DNA from: Candidatus Methanofastidiosia archaeon | GTDB taxonomy: Archaea; Methanobacteriota_B; Thermococci; Methanofastidiosales; NM3 | Direction: 5' to 3' | DNA length: 40,568 nucleotides | NCBI GenBank assembly: GCA_016930445.1 | Contig: JAFGGT010000027.1 | Coordinates: 1 to 40,568 of the forward strand | Shown here: one piece after another, positions 33,138 to 40,568 of the stretch | Layout of the letters: each line of letters starts with the position of its first letter | How positions within the stretch are numbered: the first letter of the stretch is position 1 | Made by a program: the position numbers and the translations under genes | Notes under the pieces: generated by a model | The model's database searches: none | The model's input: the letters and a program-made list of their open reading frames with translations, nothing else | What the model was told of the DNA's origin: nothing

Positions 33138-35795
33138 ATGGATACCAAATCTTTGAAAGAGAGCTTTAGGGAAAAGGCCTCAAAGGACTACAGGAAGTAT
33201 TTCCCTATAGATGTGCTAGAGGAAAATGGCTTTCAACGATATCGATGCAAGCTTTGCAAGAAATACTTCTGGTCCATGGAGGCAAGGGAGGTCTGCGGTG
33301 ACCCCGACTGCACGGGTGGTTACTCTTTCATGGGCGATTCCCCTGCCAAACCCATGGAGTATGTGGAATGTTGGGAGAAGTTCTCGAAGACCTTCGAGGG
33401 CTTGGGATACACCCCAATACCCAGGTATCCTGTCGTAGCACGATGGAGGGAGGACACGGAGTTCGTCCAGGCATCCATTTACGATTTTCAACCTCACGTC
33501 GTCTCCGGCGCCATAGCGCCTCCTGCAAATCCGCTTGTCGTGCCGCAGTTCTCGTTAAGATTCGTGGACACTGACAATGTTGGCATCTCCGGCCGTTCAC
33601 ACACTGGTTTTGTCATGATAGGCCAGCACGCCTTCACAAAAAAGGACCAGTTCGATCAGTTGAAGTACTTCAGGGACATCTATTACTGGCTGACGGACAA
33701 GATGGGGATCCCAAGCAAGGAGCTGGTCTTCCATGAGGATGGATGGGCTGGCGGGGGCAATTTCGGCCCATGCATGGAGTTCTTCTCAAGGGGGGTCGAG
33801 CTGGGGAATCAGGTATACATACTGTATGAGATGGGAAAATCCGGGCCCCGTGAGCTTGACCTTAAGGTGTTGGACATGGGGGCTGGCCAGGAAAGATTCA
33901 CATGGTTCTCCCAAGGCACACCCACTATTTACGATCCCGTCTTTCCCACGGTCCTTGACCACCTCAGGTCGCTCATGCCAGTAGAACTGGACATTGAGAC
34001 GTTCAAAAGATTCGCACCATATTCTGGCATGCTCAATGTGGACGAGGTAGAGGACATAGACAAGACCTGGGCAATTGTCTCAGGTAAGCTGGGAATGGAG
34101 CCCGATTCCCTGAAGAGGGCCATAATGCCCATGGCCGCATGTTACTCCATAGCGGACCATTCAAGGTCCCTCCTATTTGCCCTAGCGGATGGCGCACTGC
34201 CGTCGAACGTGGGCGGGGGCTACAACCTAAGGGTCCTTTTCAGAAGGGCTCAATACTTCCTCGAGAAATATGGGCTCGATACCGAAATGGGGGAGATCTG
34301 TGAGATGCATGCAGACTACATCAAGAAGGAGTTCCCATTCAGCGACGAGGCCATCGAGGATGTGAAGAAGATACTGAGCGTCGAGGAGGAGAAGTACGAT
34401 AACACCAAGTCCAAGGCGAAAAAGATAGTAAGGGCACAGCTTTCCAAAAACGAGCTTTCGACCGAGAAACTGATAGAGCTTTACGACTCACACGGCGTCA
34501 CTCCAGAGCTTGTGAAGGAGCAGGCAGATGAGATGGGCGTCGATGTGGACATCCCCAAGGACTTCTACATCAGGGTGACACAACTGCATGAGAGCAATGG
34601 CACAAGGCACCATTCCGAGCAGAGGCAGTTCGGTGTTAAGGACACATACCCCCTATACTATGACTGTGAGAAGGAGGATTCCTTCGAGGCGGAGGTCGTT
34701 TACTCAGAGGGCGATGAGGTCATACTGGACAGGACCGCCTTCTATCCAGAAGGCGGAGGCCAGGAGCACGACATAGGCCATATCAACGGCCTTGAGGTCA
34801 CCAAGGTCACAAAGCATGGGGGTGTAATCGTCCATAACGTCAAGGACAATTCCCTCAAAGTTGGCCAGAAGGTCAGGGGAAAGATCAGCAAGTCCAGAAG
34901 GTACGCCCTTACACGACACCATACTGCCACCCACATAATAAATTCTGCAGCACGGCAGGTCCTGGGCAATCATGTCTGGCAGGCTGGCGCGGAGAAAACA
35001 ACGGAGAAGGCAAGGCTCGACATCACCCACTTCTCATCCCTCAGTGCAGAGGAGCTGGAGAGGATAGAGCTTCTTGCGAACGAGATGGTGCTTGAGAACA
35101 TCCCCGTAACGAAGAGATTCATGGGTAGGGACGAGGCCGAGAAGAGATATGGCTTCAGGATCTATCAGGGCGGCGCAGTGCCGGGCATGTCATTGAGGAT
35201 AGTCTCCATTGGCGAGTATGACATAGAGGCTTGCGGCGGTACCCATTGTGATTCGACCAGCGAGGTCGGCCCGATAAAGATCATCAAATCCGAGAAGATC
35301 CAGGATGGCATAGTCCGACTGGAGTACACAGCAGGGCTGGAGGCCATAAAGTCCATTCAGAGGGATTCCAGGATACTGAACGAATCATGCTCTATATTCC
35401 GGGTGGACAAGCAGCAGCTAGCCCCCACATGCGAGAGATTCTTTTCCGAATGGAAGAGGAGGGGAAAGGAGATAGAGGACCTCAAGGTCGAGCTATCAGG
35501 CATGAAGCAGTCAAACATCGGCGACAAGTTCGAGGAAAGGGACGGCATAAGGCTGCTGGTCGCCAATATAGATGGAGATACCGATATCCTGAGAAAGACG
35601 GCATTCTCCCTCACAGAGGACGACACTGTAGTGGTCCTCTCCAACGGCAGGCAGCTTGTGGTCACATGCGGGAGCCTGGCCCAGGAGAGGGGGCATCTTG
35701 CCAAGGATGTCATTCAAGAATATGGGAAGGGCGGAGGAAAACCAGACTTTGCTCAGGGGATCGTCACAGGTCCACTTCAAGAGACTGGGGCATAG
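33138..35795 (+). CDS. alaS: Alanine-tRNA ligase (archaeal type)
   Basis: About 885 aa from the first ATG. It has the archaeal AlaRS N-terminal zinc-binding CKLCKK...CGDPDC, the editing-domain HTATH and CGGTHC motifs, and a C-terminal DHHA1-like GGGKPDFAQG. Confidence 0.9.
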   Translation: MDTKSLKESFREKASKDYRKYFPIDVLEENGFQRYRCKLCKKYFWSMEAREVCGDPDCTGGYSFMGDSPAKPMEYVECWEKFSKTFEGLGYTPIPRYPVVARWREDTEFVQASIYDFQPHVVSGAIAPPANPLVVPQFSLRFVDTDNVGISGRSHTGFVMIGQHAFTKKDQFDQLKYFRDIYYWLTDKMGIPSKELVFHEDGWAGGGNFGPCMEFFSRGVELGNQVYILYEMGKSGPRELDLKVLDMGAGQERFTWFSQGTPTIYDPVFPTVLDHLRSLMPVELDIETFKRFAPYSGMLNVDEVEDIDKTWAIVSGKLGMEPDSLKRAIMPMAACYSIADHSRSLLFALADGALPSNVGGGYNLRVLFRRAQYFLEKYGLDTEMGEICEMHADYIKKEFPFSDEAIEDVKKILSVEEEKYDNTKSKAKKIVRAQLSKNELSTEKLIELYDSHGVTPELVKEQADEMGVDVDIPKDFYIRVTQLHESNGTRHHSEQRQFGVKDTYPLYYDCEKEDSFEAEVVYSEGDEVILDRTAFYPEGGGQEHDIGHINGLEVTKVTKHGGVIVHNVKDNSLKVGQKVRGKISKSRRYALTRHHTATHIINSAARQVLGNHVWQAGAEKTTEKARLDITHFSSLSAEELERIELLANEMVLENIPVTKRFMGRDEAEKRYGFRIYQGGAVPGMSLRIVSIGEYDIEACGGTHCDSTSEVGPIKIIKSEKIQDGIVRLEYTAGLEAIKSIQRDSRILNESCSIFRVDKQQLAPTCERFFSEWKRRGKEIEDLKVELSGMKQSNIGDKFEERDGIRLLVANIDGDTDILRKTAFSLTEDDTVVVLSNGRQLVVTCGSLAQERGHLAKDVIQEYGKGGGKPDFAQGIVTGPLQETGA

Positions 35796-36549
35796 ACCTC
35801 TTATGCCCATTCTTCTCTACCCTTGAGACTATGGAATCGATGAGGTCCTTGTCATGGTCCTTGTAAATCTCCGAGAGGGTGCTTTTCTCTACGATATATC
35901 TGTATAGGATGTCATCTATGACAGGATAGCTCGCTCCCAGCTCACCTTCGTCGGTCTGGCCGCGGTAAAGGCCGGCGGACGGCCTCTTTTCGATGATGCT
36001 TTTCGGCAACCCTAGGATCTCTGCCATCCGGATCACCTCTGTTTTCCATAGTTTTGCAATAGGCAGGAAGTCGGCGGCGTTATCACCCCACTTGGTGCAG
36101 TAACCCAGGCATACTTCGGTCATATTTGATGTGCCGGCTACAAGCCTCTTCTCCTCATTGGCGCAGATATAAAGAAAGAGCATCCTCAATCTTGGCCTTA
36201 TGTTGATGTATGGAATGGAGCCGGGGGTAAGCTTCGAAGGATAACTGTCTGTGATCATCTCCGCCATATCACGAATGTCTATTTTGGAGTAGTCCACTCC
36301 AAGTGCCTCACAGAGCTTCACCGCGTCATCGATGTCCTCATCGCTTGTGAGCCCCACCTCTGGGAGTAGCAGCGCCTTGGTGTCGACGGTCCTTGAACAG
36401 AGATGGCATACAAGCGCTGAGTCTATTCCACCAGAAAGCCCTAGTACAACTCCCCTGGAGCCCGTTTCATCAACCTTGCACTTGATCTGGTTCATCAATG
36501 AACCGGCAATCCTTATCAGTGCATCATCATCAAGCGTTCTCATCCTCAC
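35764..36549 (-). CDS. nadE: NH3-dependent NAD+ synthetase
   Basis: The PP-loop GLSGGIDSA is present and the size is typical. Its 3' end overlaps the alaS 3' end by 32 nt. Confidence 0.9.
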   Translation of the reverse strand: MRMRTLDDDALIRIAGSLMNQIKCKVDETGSRGVVLGLSGGIDSALVCHLCSRTVDTKALLLPEVGLTSDEDIDDAVKLCEALGVDYSKIDIRDMAEMITDSYPSKLTPGSIPYINIRPRLRMLFLYICANEEKRLVAGTSNMTEVCLGYCTKWGDNAADFLPIAKLWKTEVIRMAEILGLPKSIIEKRPSAGLYRGQTDEGELGASYPVIDDILYRYIVEKSTLSEIYKDHDKDLIDSIVSRVEKNGHKRSMPQSLEVDL

Positions 36550-37148
36550 ACCACGAAGAAGTAATTGTCTATGATGTAGTCTATGTTGTTCTTGAAGCTC
36601 GAGCCATGGCCCGGGCAGATGTGGGTCACGTCTATCTCCCTCAATCTCATGAAGCTGCCCCTCAACTGATCAAGGTCCCCAGAAGGGAGGTCGGTCCGCC
36701 CTACCCCGTTGTAGAACCAGGTATCCCCACTGAACATAGTGTCGTTCTCCCTATCTAGCAGGCAGATGCTGCCGGATGTGTGGCCAGGCGTATGGATCAC
36801 CTCGAGAATGTGCTCGCCGTTGTCGATCCTGTCGCCTTCCTTTAGCCTTCTCGTTACCTCGAATCCTGAGAAACTGTCAACGAACGACCCGAACATCGTC
36901 TTCTCGCCTGCAGTGCTGACCGCATCGGCATCGTCCTCGTGTACCATGATGTCCTCTCCGAAGTCCCCTCCTATGTGGTCGTAGTGGCAGTGGGTGTTGA
37001 TTATGGAGTCAATCCTTGTAGGGCGCCTGTGGAGATACGATCTCAACGCCTCGTTGTTAGGTAGGCCCGGATCGATGAGTATGTTCCTCTCCCCAGTGAT
37101 GATGTAGGAGTTGGAGCTGTAGCTGTAGGACATCAGTTCAATTATCAT
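36546..37148 (-). CDS. MBL-fold metallo-hydrolase (glyoxalase II-like)
   Basis: THCHYDHIGG, HTPGHTSGS and CPGHG motifs. It overlaps the nadE start by 4 nt. Confidence 0.8.
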   Translation of the reverse strand: MIIELMSYSYSSNSYIITGERNILIDPGLPNNEALRSYLHRRPTRIDSIINTHCHYDHIGGDFGEDIMVHEDDADAVSTAGEKTMFGSFVDSFSGFEVTRRLKEGDRIDNGEHILEVIHTPGHTSGSICLLDRENDTMFSGDTWFYNGVGRTDLPSGDLDQLRGSFMRLREIDVTHICPGHGSSFKNNIDYIIDNYFFVV

Positions 37149-37221
37149 GCTTCAAAGTAACGACGGAGCGTTAATAAATCTTGTTTATAAAATGGTAAAA
37201 AAGGATATGGATTGGTGTCTT

Positions 37222-39093
37222 CTATCTCTCTTCGAACATCATCTGCCTTATCTTCTCGACGAATTCCTTCTTCTTGTCCCCAGTGAACGCGTATTCGAAC
37301 ACATCTGCTATGTCCTTGACCGTATGTATCGTCGCCTTTTCCTTATGCCTTGCGTCCAGTAGGAGGTCCTCCTTGTTGGATTCAGGCACGATGATCTCGT
37401 TTATCCCCGCATCGATCGCTGCCTCGATCTTTGAATTGACGCCACCTATCGGCAATACCTCCCCCCTTACGGAAAGAGACCCCGTCATGGCGACGTCCTG
37501 CCTTATCGGGATGCCCATCAAGGCCGATATCACCGCCGTGGCAATCGTAATTGATGCCGAGTCCCCTTCAATGCCTTCATATGCCTGAAGGAACTGGACG
37601 TGGATGTCATAGTTGCTTATGTCCTTTCCTATGAACTTCTTTGCGATGGCAGATACGTTTTGGACAGATTCCTTTGCGATGTCCCCCAGCTTTCCGGCGG
37701 CTATGATCTTTCCTTCCTCCTTGCTTGCTGACGGTGCAGCCTCTGCCTCTACTGTCGACACTATGCCGCTGTCGCCCATTACCGCAAGGCCGTTTATCCT
37801 GCCGATGGCCTCTCCAGTCACCCTGATTATTTGGTATTCCCTCTTTCTCTCGATGTACTTGTCGGCTATCTGGTGCTCCAAGGTCCTTGCCTTCTCCTTT
37901 GCGTCAAGGATGTCCTCGACATCAACGTACGCCTTGCCTTTCTTGTTGGCTATGTCACCAGCGGTCCTTATAAGCCCGCCTAGGTCCCTTATCTTCATCG
38001 TGATGTAGCCCTTTCTTCCTGCACGCCTTTTCGCCTCGTTCACGATTTCCTCTACTGCCTCATAGGTGAAGTGGGGTATCTTCATGTCCTTGTTGACCTC
38101 TTGCGCAACCACCTGAACGATCTTTCTACGATTTTCCAGCGTGTCCTTCATTGCATCGTTCATGTAGATCTCGTAGCCGTATCCCCTTATCCTCGACCTG
38201 AGCGCAGGGTGCATGTCCCTTACCGTCTCCAGATTTCCTGCTGCTACCAGCACGAAGTCGCATGGGCATGCCTCAGTCCTCACCATGGCGCCCGAGGACA
38301 TCTCGCTCTGTCCCGTTATTGGGTACTTCTTCTCCTGCAAGGCGGTAAGGATGGCCTGTTGCATCTTGATGTGGAATGTGGATATCTCGTCTATGAAGAG
38401 GACGCCTTTGTGGGATCTGTGTATCATGCCTGCCTCGACACGCTCATGCGCGGGAGTCCCCAACCCTCCTGATTGGAACGGATCATGCCTTACGTCTCCA
38501 AGCAGGGCGCCAGCATGGGCTCCTGTGCCATCGATGAACGTAGGTGTAGTTTTTTCAGAGTTGTCGCAAAGCAGTTTCGGAACTAGCGCGCTGGCCTTGT
38601 TCCTGGTCATGTTCTGCATTAGGAATATGAGCAGTACTATGATTAGAATGCCCGTTAAGAGCTGCCCGGTCGAAAAAGCCAGGAACATCACTATGGCCAT
38701 CACGAAGAAGAGTATGATGTACTTGCTGTTCTCCTGTTGATTGGCCCTCTGTTTGTGCTGATTGACTATCCTCTTTCCCTCGCCAGCCTTGACAGACCTG
38801 ATCTTGGGCGTATTGGGGTCTTCTGGGTTCGGGTAACAGATGATGTCTTCCATGTCCTTCTTCGGTAGGAGTTCGGCCATGGCCTGGCCTAGCATCGACT
38901 TACCTGTTCCAGGTTCTCCTATGAGCAGGACGTTCCTTCTTTGCTTCGCTGCGATCCTGATAATGTCGACAGCCTCGTCTTGCCCGATGACCTGATCTAT
39001 GATAAGCTTGGGAGTTTCTATGTCCTCTGATGTTTTGAATTTATATCCAATGCCATCTTCAACCTTGATGGCAGGGTTGCTAGAATCTGTCAT
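37222..39093 (-). CDS. lonB: Archaeal membrane-anchored Lon protease (LonB)
   Basis: Walker A GEPGTGKSMLG, two TM helices inserted in the AAA+ module (IILFFVMAIVMFLAF..., LLTGILIIVLLIFLM), and a C-terminal protease domain with GDSAS. Confidence 0.9.
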   Translation of the reverse strand: MTDSSNPAIKVEDGIGYKFKTSEDIETPKLIIDQVIGQDEAVDIIRIAAKQRRNVLLIGEPGTGKSMLGQAMAELLPKKDMEDIICYPNPEDPNTPKIRSVKAGEGKRIVNQHKQRANQQENSKYIILFFVMAIVMFLAFSTGQLLTGILIIVLLIFLMQNMTRNKASALVPKLLCDNSEKTTPTFIDGTGAHAGALLGDVRHDPFQSGGLGTPAHERVEAGMIHRSHKGVLFIDEISTFHIKMQQAILTALQEKKYPITGQSEMSSGAMVRTEACPCDFVLVAAGNLETVRDMHPALRSRIRGYGYEIYMNDAMKDTLENRRKIVQVVAQEVNKDMKIPHFTYEAVEEIVNEAKRRAGRKGYITMKIRDLGGLIRTAGDIANKKGKAYVDVEDILDAKEKARTLEHQIADKYIERKREYQIIRVTGEAIGRINGLAVMGDSGIVSTVEAEAAPSASKEEGKIIAAGKLGDIAKESVQNVSAIAKKFIGKDISNYDIHVQFLQAYEGIEGDSASITIATAVISALMGIPIRQDVAMTGSLSVRGEVLPIGGVNSKIEAAIDAGINEIIVPESNKEDLLLDARHKEKATIHTVKDIADVFEYAFTGDKKKEFVEKIRQMMFEER

Positions 39094-39146
39094 GGAATTC
39101 TCAAAAAACTATATAATTTAATTTATAAATATATCTATCGCTCTTT

Positions 39147-40247
39147 CTAGGCCTTGTTTTCGGAGATTATCTCGTTATAAAAGATTTTGGAGAGGCTTTC
39201 GTATTCGTCGTCAGGTATGTGCCTTTTGAAATATACTTCCATCTCCATCATTATCCTGTCCTTGGACCCATACTTCTTCAAAAGCTCCCTTCCCGCCTTG
39301 CTTCTCTCCCGGAGATAGAGGAGGAACTTGAATCTCCTCTTGATATTGTCCCAAAATGCCCATAGGATTATGAGGAGCGTTATTAGCACGGTTAGAATGA
39401 GCTCGGAGTAGTGAAGTATCCTCCACTTCGATATCTCGGACTCTACGTTACCGGAGAACACCGGATCGAAGGCAGCTGATACGTCCTTTTCAGTATTGTC
39501 CTGCACGTATGAGACATATCTGACAGAGTCCCATTCGTAGTTCTGGGACGATATTGTGCCGTTGAAGATCTTCGAGAGCGCCTCTATGGAACTGTAATCA
39601 TAGAGGTCCTCATATACCCCGAAGGATTTGCCCAAGAAGTATCCCACCTTGTCGCTCTCGTCGCTGGCTTTGCCTGGAAGATTATAGGACCCTATCGCCA
39701 GCTCATCATCATAGTAGGACGATATTTCCTCTAGATGTCCCTTAAATTGTCCAGATTCATCTTCGAACCCGGACTGGCCAAGCGCCCAATAAGACATGAA
39801 GGCGGAATATCCCCATACCACCCAGTTGGGTAGCTGAGTGAAGCCCCTTAGTATCCACATCTGGGCCACACCCCATACCACGGGATTAACCTCATAGTCT
39901 GTCGCCACGGATATGTTGCTCGCATCCCTCTCAAGCTTGAAGGGGTAATTGCCTGTCTTTTCCAATGTTGAGGAGTAGATGGTAATCTGTTTATGCGGAG
40001 GGTCCATATCGAAACCCTCGATAAGCTTCTCGATAGCCCCACTGGCCAAAAGGAGGGACTCATTCGCCCAGAGCTCCTCCCCTTCCTTGTACAGGATCTT
40101 CAAGGATAACTCCTTTCCCTGGTAATCTATCGTCTCGCCTATGGTTATGTAACTCTGATCCTCTCTGAATACGTAAGCTAATATGGTGGAAACGGTCAGA
40201 TAAGCGATGACGAACACCATTATCCTCTTCAAAAGACTCTGGGCCAT
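39147..40247 (-). CDS. Hypothetical bitopic membrane protein with an extracytoplasmic domain and a basic cytoplasmic tail
   Basis: 366-aa ORF with an N-terminal TM anchor (IMVFVIAYLTVSTILAYV), a second TM (LILTVLITLLIILWAFW) and a Lys/Arg-rich C-terminus. No recognisable catalytic motif. Confidence 0.6.
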   Translation of the reverse strand: MAQSLLKRIMVFVIAYLTVSTILAYVFREDQSYITIGETIDYQGKELSLKILYKEGEELWANESLLLASGAIEKLIEGFDMDPPHKQITIYSSTLEKTGNYPFKLERDASNISVATDYEVNPVVWGVAQMWILRGFTQLPNWVVWGYSAFMSYWALGQSGFEDESGQFKGHLEEISSYYDDELAIGSYNLPGKASDESDKVGYFLGKSFGVYEDLYDYSSIEALSKIFNGTISSQNYEWDSVRYVSYVQDNTEKDVSAAFDPVFSGNVESEISKWRILHYSELILTVLITLLIILWAFWDNIKRRFKFLLYLRERSKAGRELLKKYGSKDRIMMEMEVYFKRHIPDDEYESLSKIFYNEIISENKA

Positions 40248-40320
40248 TATAGAATGTTAATGCATTTGATTTATAATTTTATTGTAATATGCGAATGTTG
40301 CACGGAAGATGATTTGTGGA

Positions 40321-40350
40321 AAACTATATATTTTAATCGATATATCGATT
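40321..40350 (+). promoter_or_regulatory. Putative promoter (AAACTATATATTTTAAT) followed by a perfect 16-bp palindrome upstream of glmM
   Basis: The box at 40321-40337 is nearly identical to the one at 28329-28347. The palindrome AATCGATATATCGATT lies at 40335-40350. GTGAT-N3-ATG follows. Confidence 0.4.
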
Positions 40351-40362
40351 CATTGTGATTCA

Positions 40363-40568
40363 ATGAGGCTTTTTGGCACATCTGGCATACGCGGGAAGTA
40401 TGGGGAGACGGTAACTGAAGGTCTAGCCCTGAGCGTCGGGAGGGCGATGGGCTCTTTGCTGGACGGCAAGATAGCAGTTGGAATGGACAGCCGGACCTCT
40501 GGCCCCAGCTTAAAGAACGCACTGAATTCAGGCCTCTTGTCCCAAGGCATCGATGTATATGATGTAGG
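40363..40568 (+). CDS. glmM: Phosphoglucosamine/phosphomannomutase family protein, 5' partial (runs off the window)
   Basis: Not in the ORF track because there is no stop in the window. My translation is MRLFGTSGIRGKYGETVTEGLALSVGRAMGSLLDGKIAVGMDSRTSGPSL..., the canonical N-terminus of archaeal alpha-D-phosphohexomutases. Confidence 0.8.
   Translation, partial: MRLFGTSGIRGKYGETVTEGLALSVGRAMGSLLDGKIAVGMDSRTSGPSLKNALNSGLLSQGIDVYDV

Noticed and set aside
32999-33169. 56-aa ORF whose start (MKVVFYAINGTFISKNNKL) faintly resembles a degenerate HAD motif I; it overlaps the alaS start
   Set aside because: The GGAGG abuts the ATG with no spacer. The catalytic Asp residues are replaced. The ORF runs into the alaS coding start. 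It is most likely chance, or at best an unprovable relic.
35764-35795. 32-nt convergent overlap of the alaS and nadE 3' ends (and an 18-nt overlap at 27470-27487)
   Set aside because: This fits the general compaction of this genome. There is no extra structure or conserved motif in the overlaps.
1-40568. Search for CRISPR arrays, rRNA genes, long tandem repeats or intact transposase/integrase genes
   Set aside because: Visual scanning found none. The only mobile-element trace is the TnpB relic. A computational repeat search would be needed to be certain.

Overview
The window is a compact archaeal chromosomal segment. It encodes PurP, PurT, a membrane LonB, an archaeal-type AlaRS, a Tes-like radical-SAM enzyme and lipobox lipoproteins. 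I could not assign a genus. All calls rest on reading the ORF translations and the DNA by eye, without database searches. About one third of the window (14.2-27.5 kb) is a 12-gene de novo purine biosynthesis supercluster. On the minus strand it carries purM-purE-purT-purD-purF-like-purF-purQ-purL-purS-purC, and two tandem purP genes diverge from it. Housekeeping genes elsewhere are truD, tRNA-Asn, tRNA-Met(CAT), alaS, nadE, lonB and the 5' end of glmM. Six regions look worth follow-up. (1) At 2.2-5.5 kb an accessory patch holds a small 2-TM protein, a TasA/DUF1102-like secreted protein and a stand-alone YcaO with no TfuA or E1-like partner. It is followed directly by a GC-rich, internally deleted TnpB (IS200/IS605-family) relic with end hairpins. 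(2) A PurF paralog inside the pur cluster keeps the PRTase domain and Fe-S cysteines but has a degenerate glutaminase site. (3) The first purP has a conserved N-terminus that lacks any canonical start codon but sits behind a strong Shine-Dalgarno sequence, with an in-frame ATA. (4) Two tandem, equal-length (306 aa) divergent lipoprotein paralogs both end in FFE. (5) A sulfur module pairs a CstB-like MBL-pseudorhodanese-rhodanese fusion with a tandem-rhodanese sulfurtransferase. It lies next to an ArsR-type regulator that has an operator-like GTTAAC array. (6) Two small orphan genes sit in an AT-rich gap. No CRISPR array, rRNA or intact mobile element was seen.
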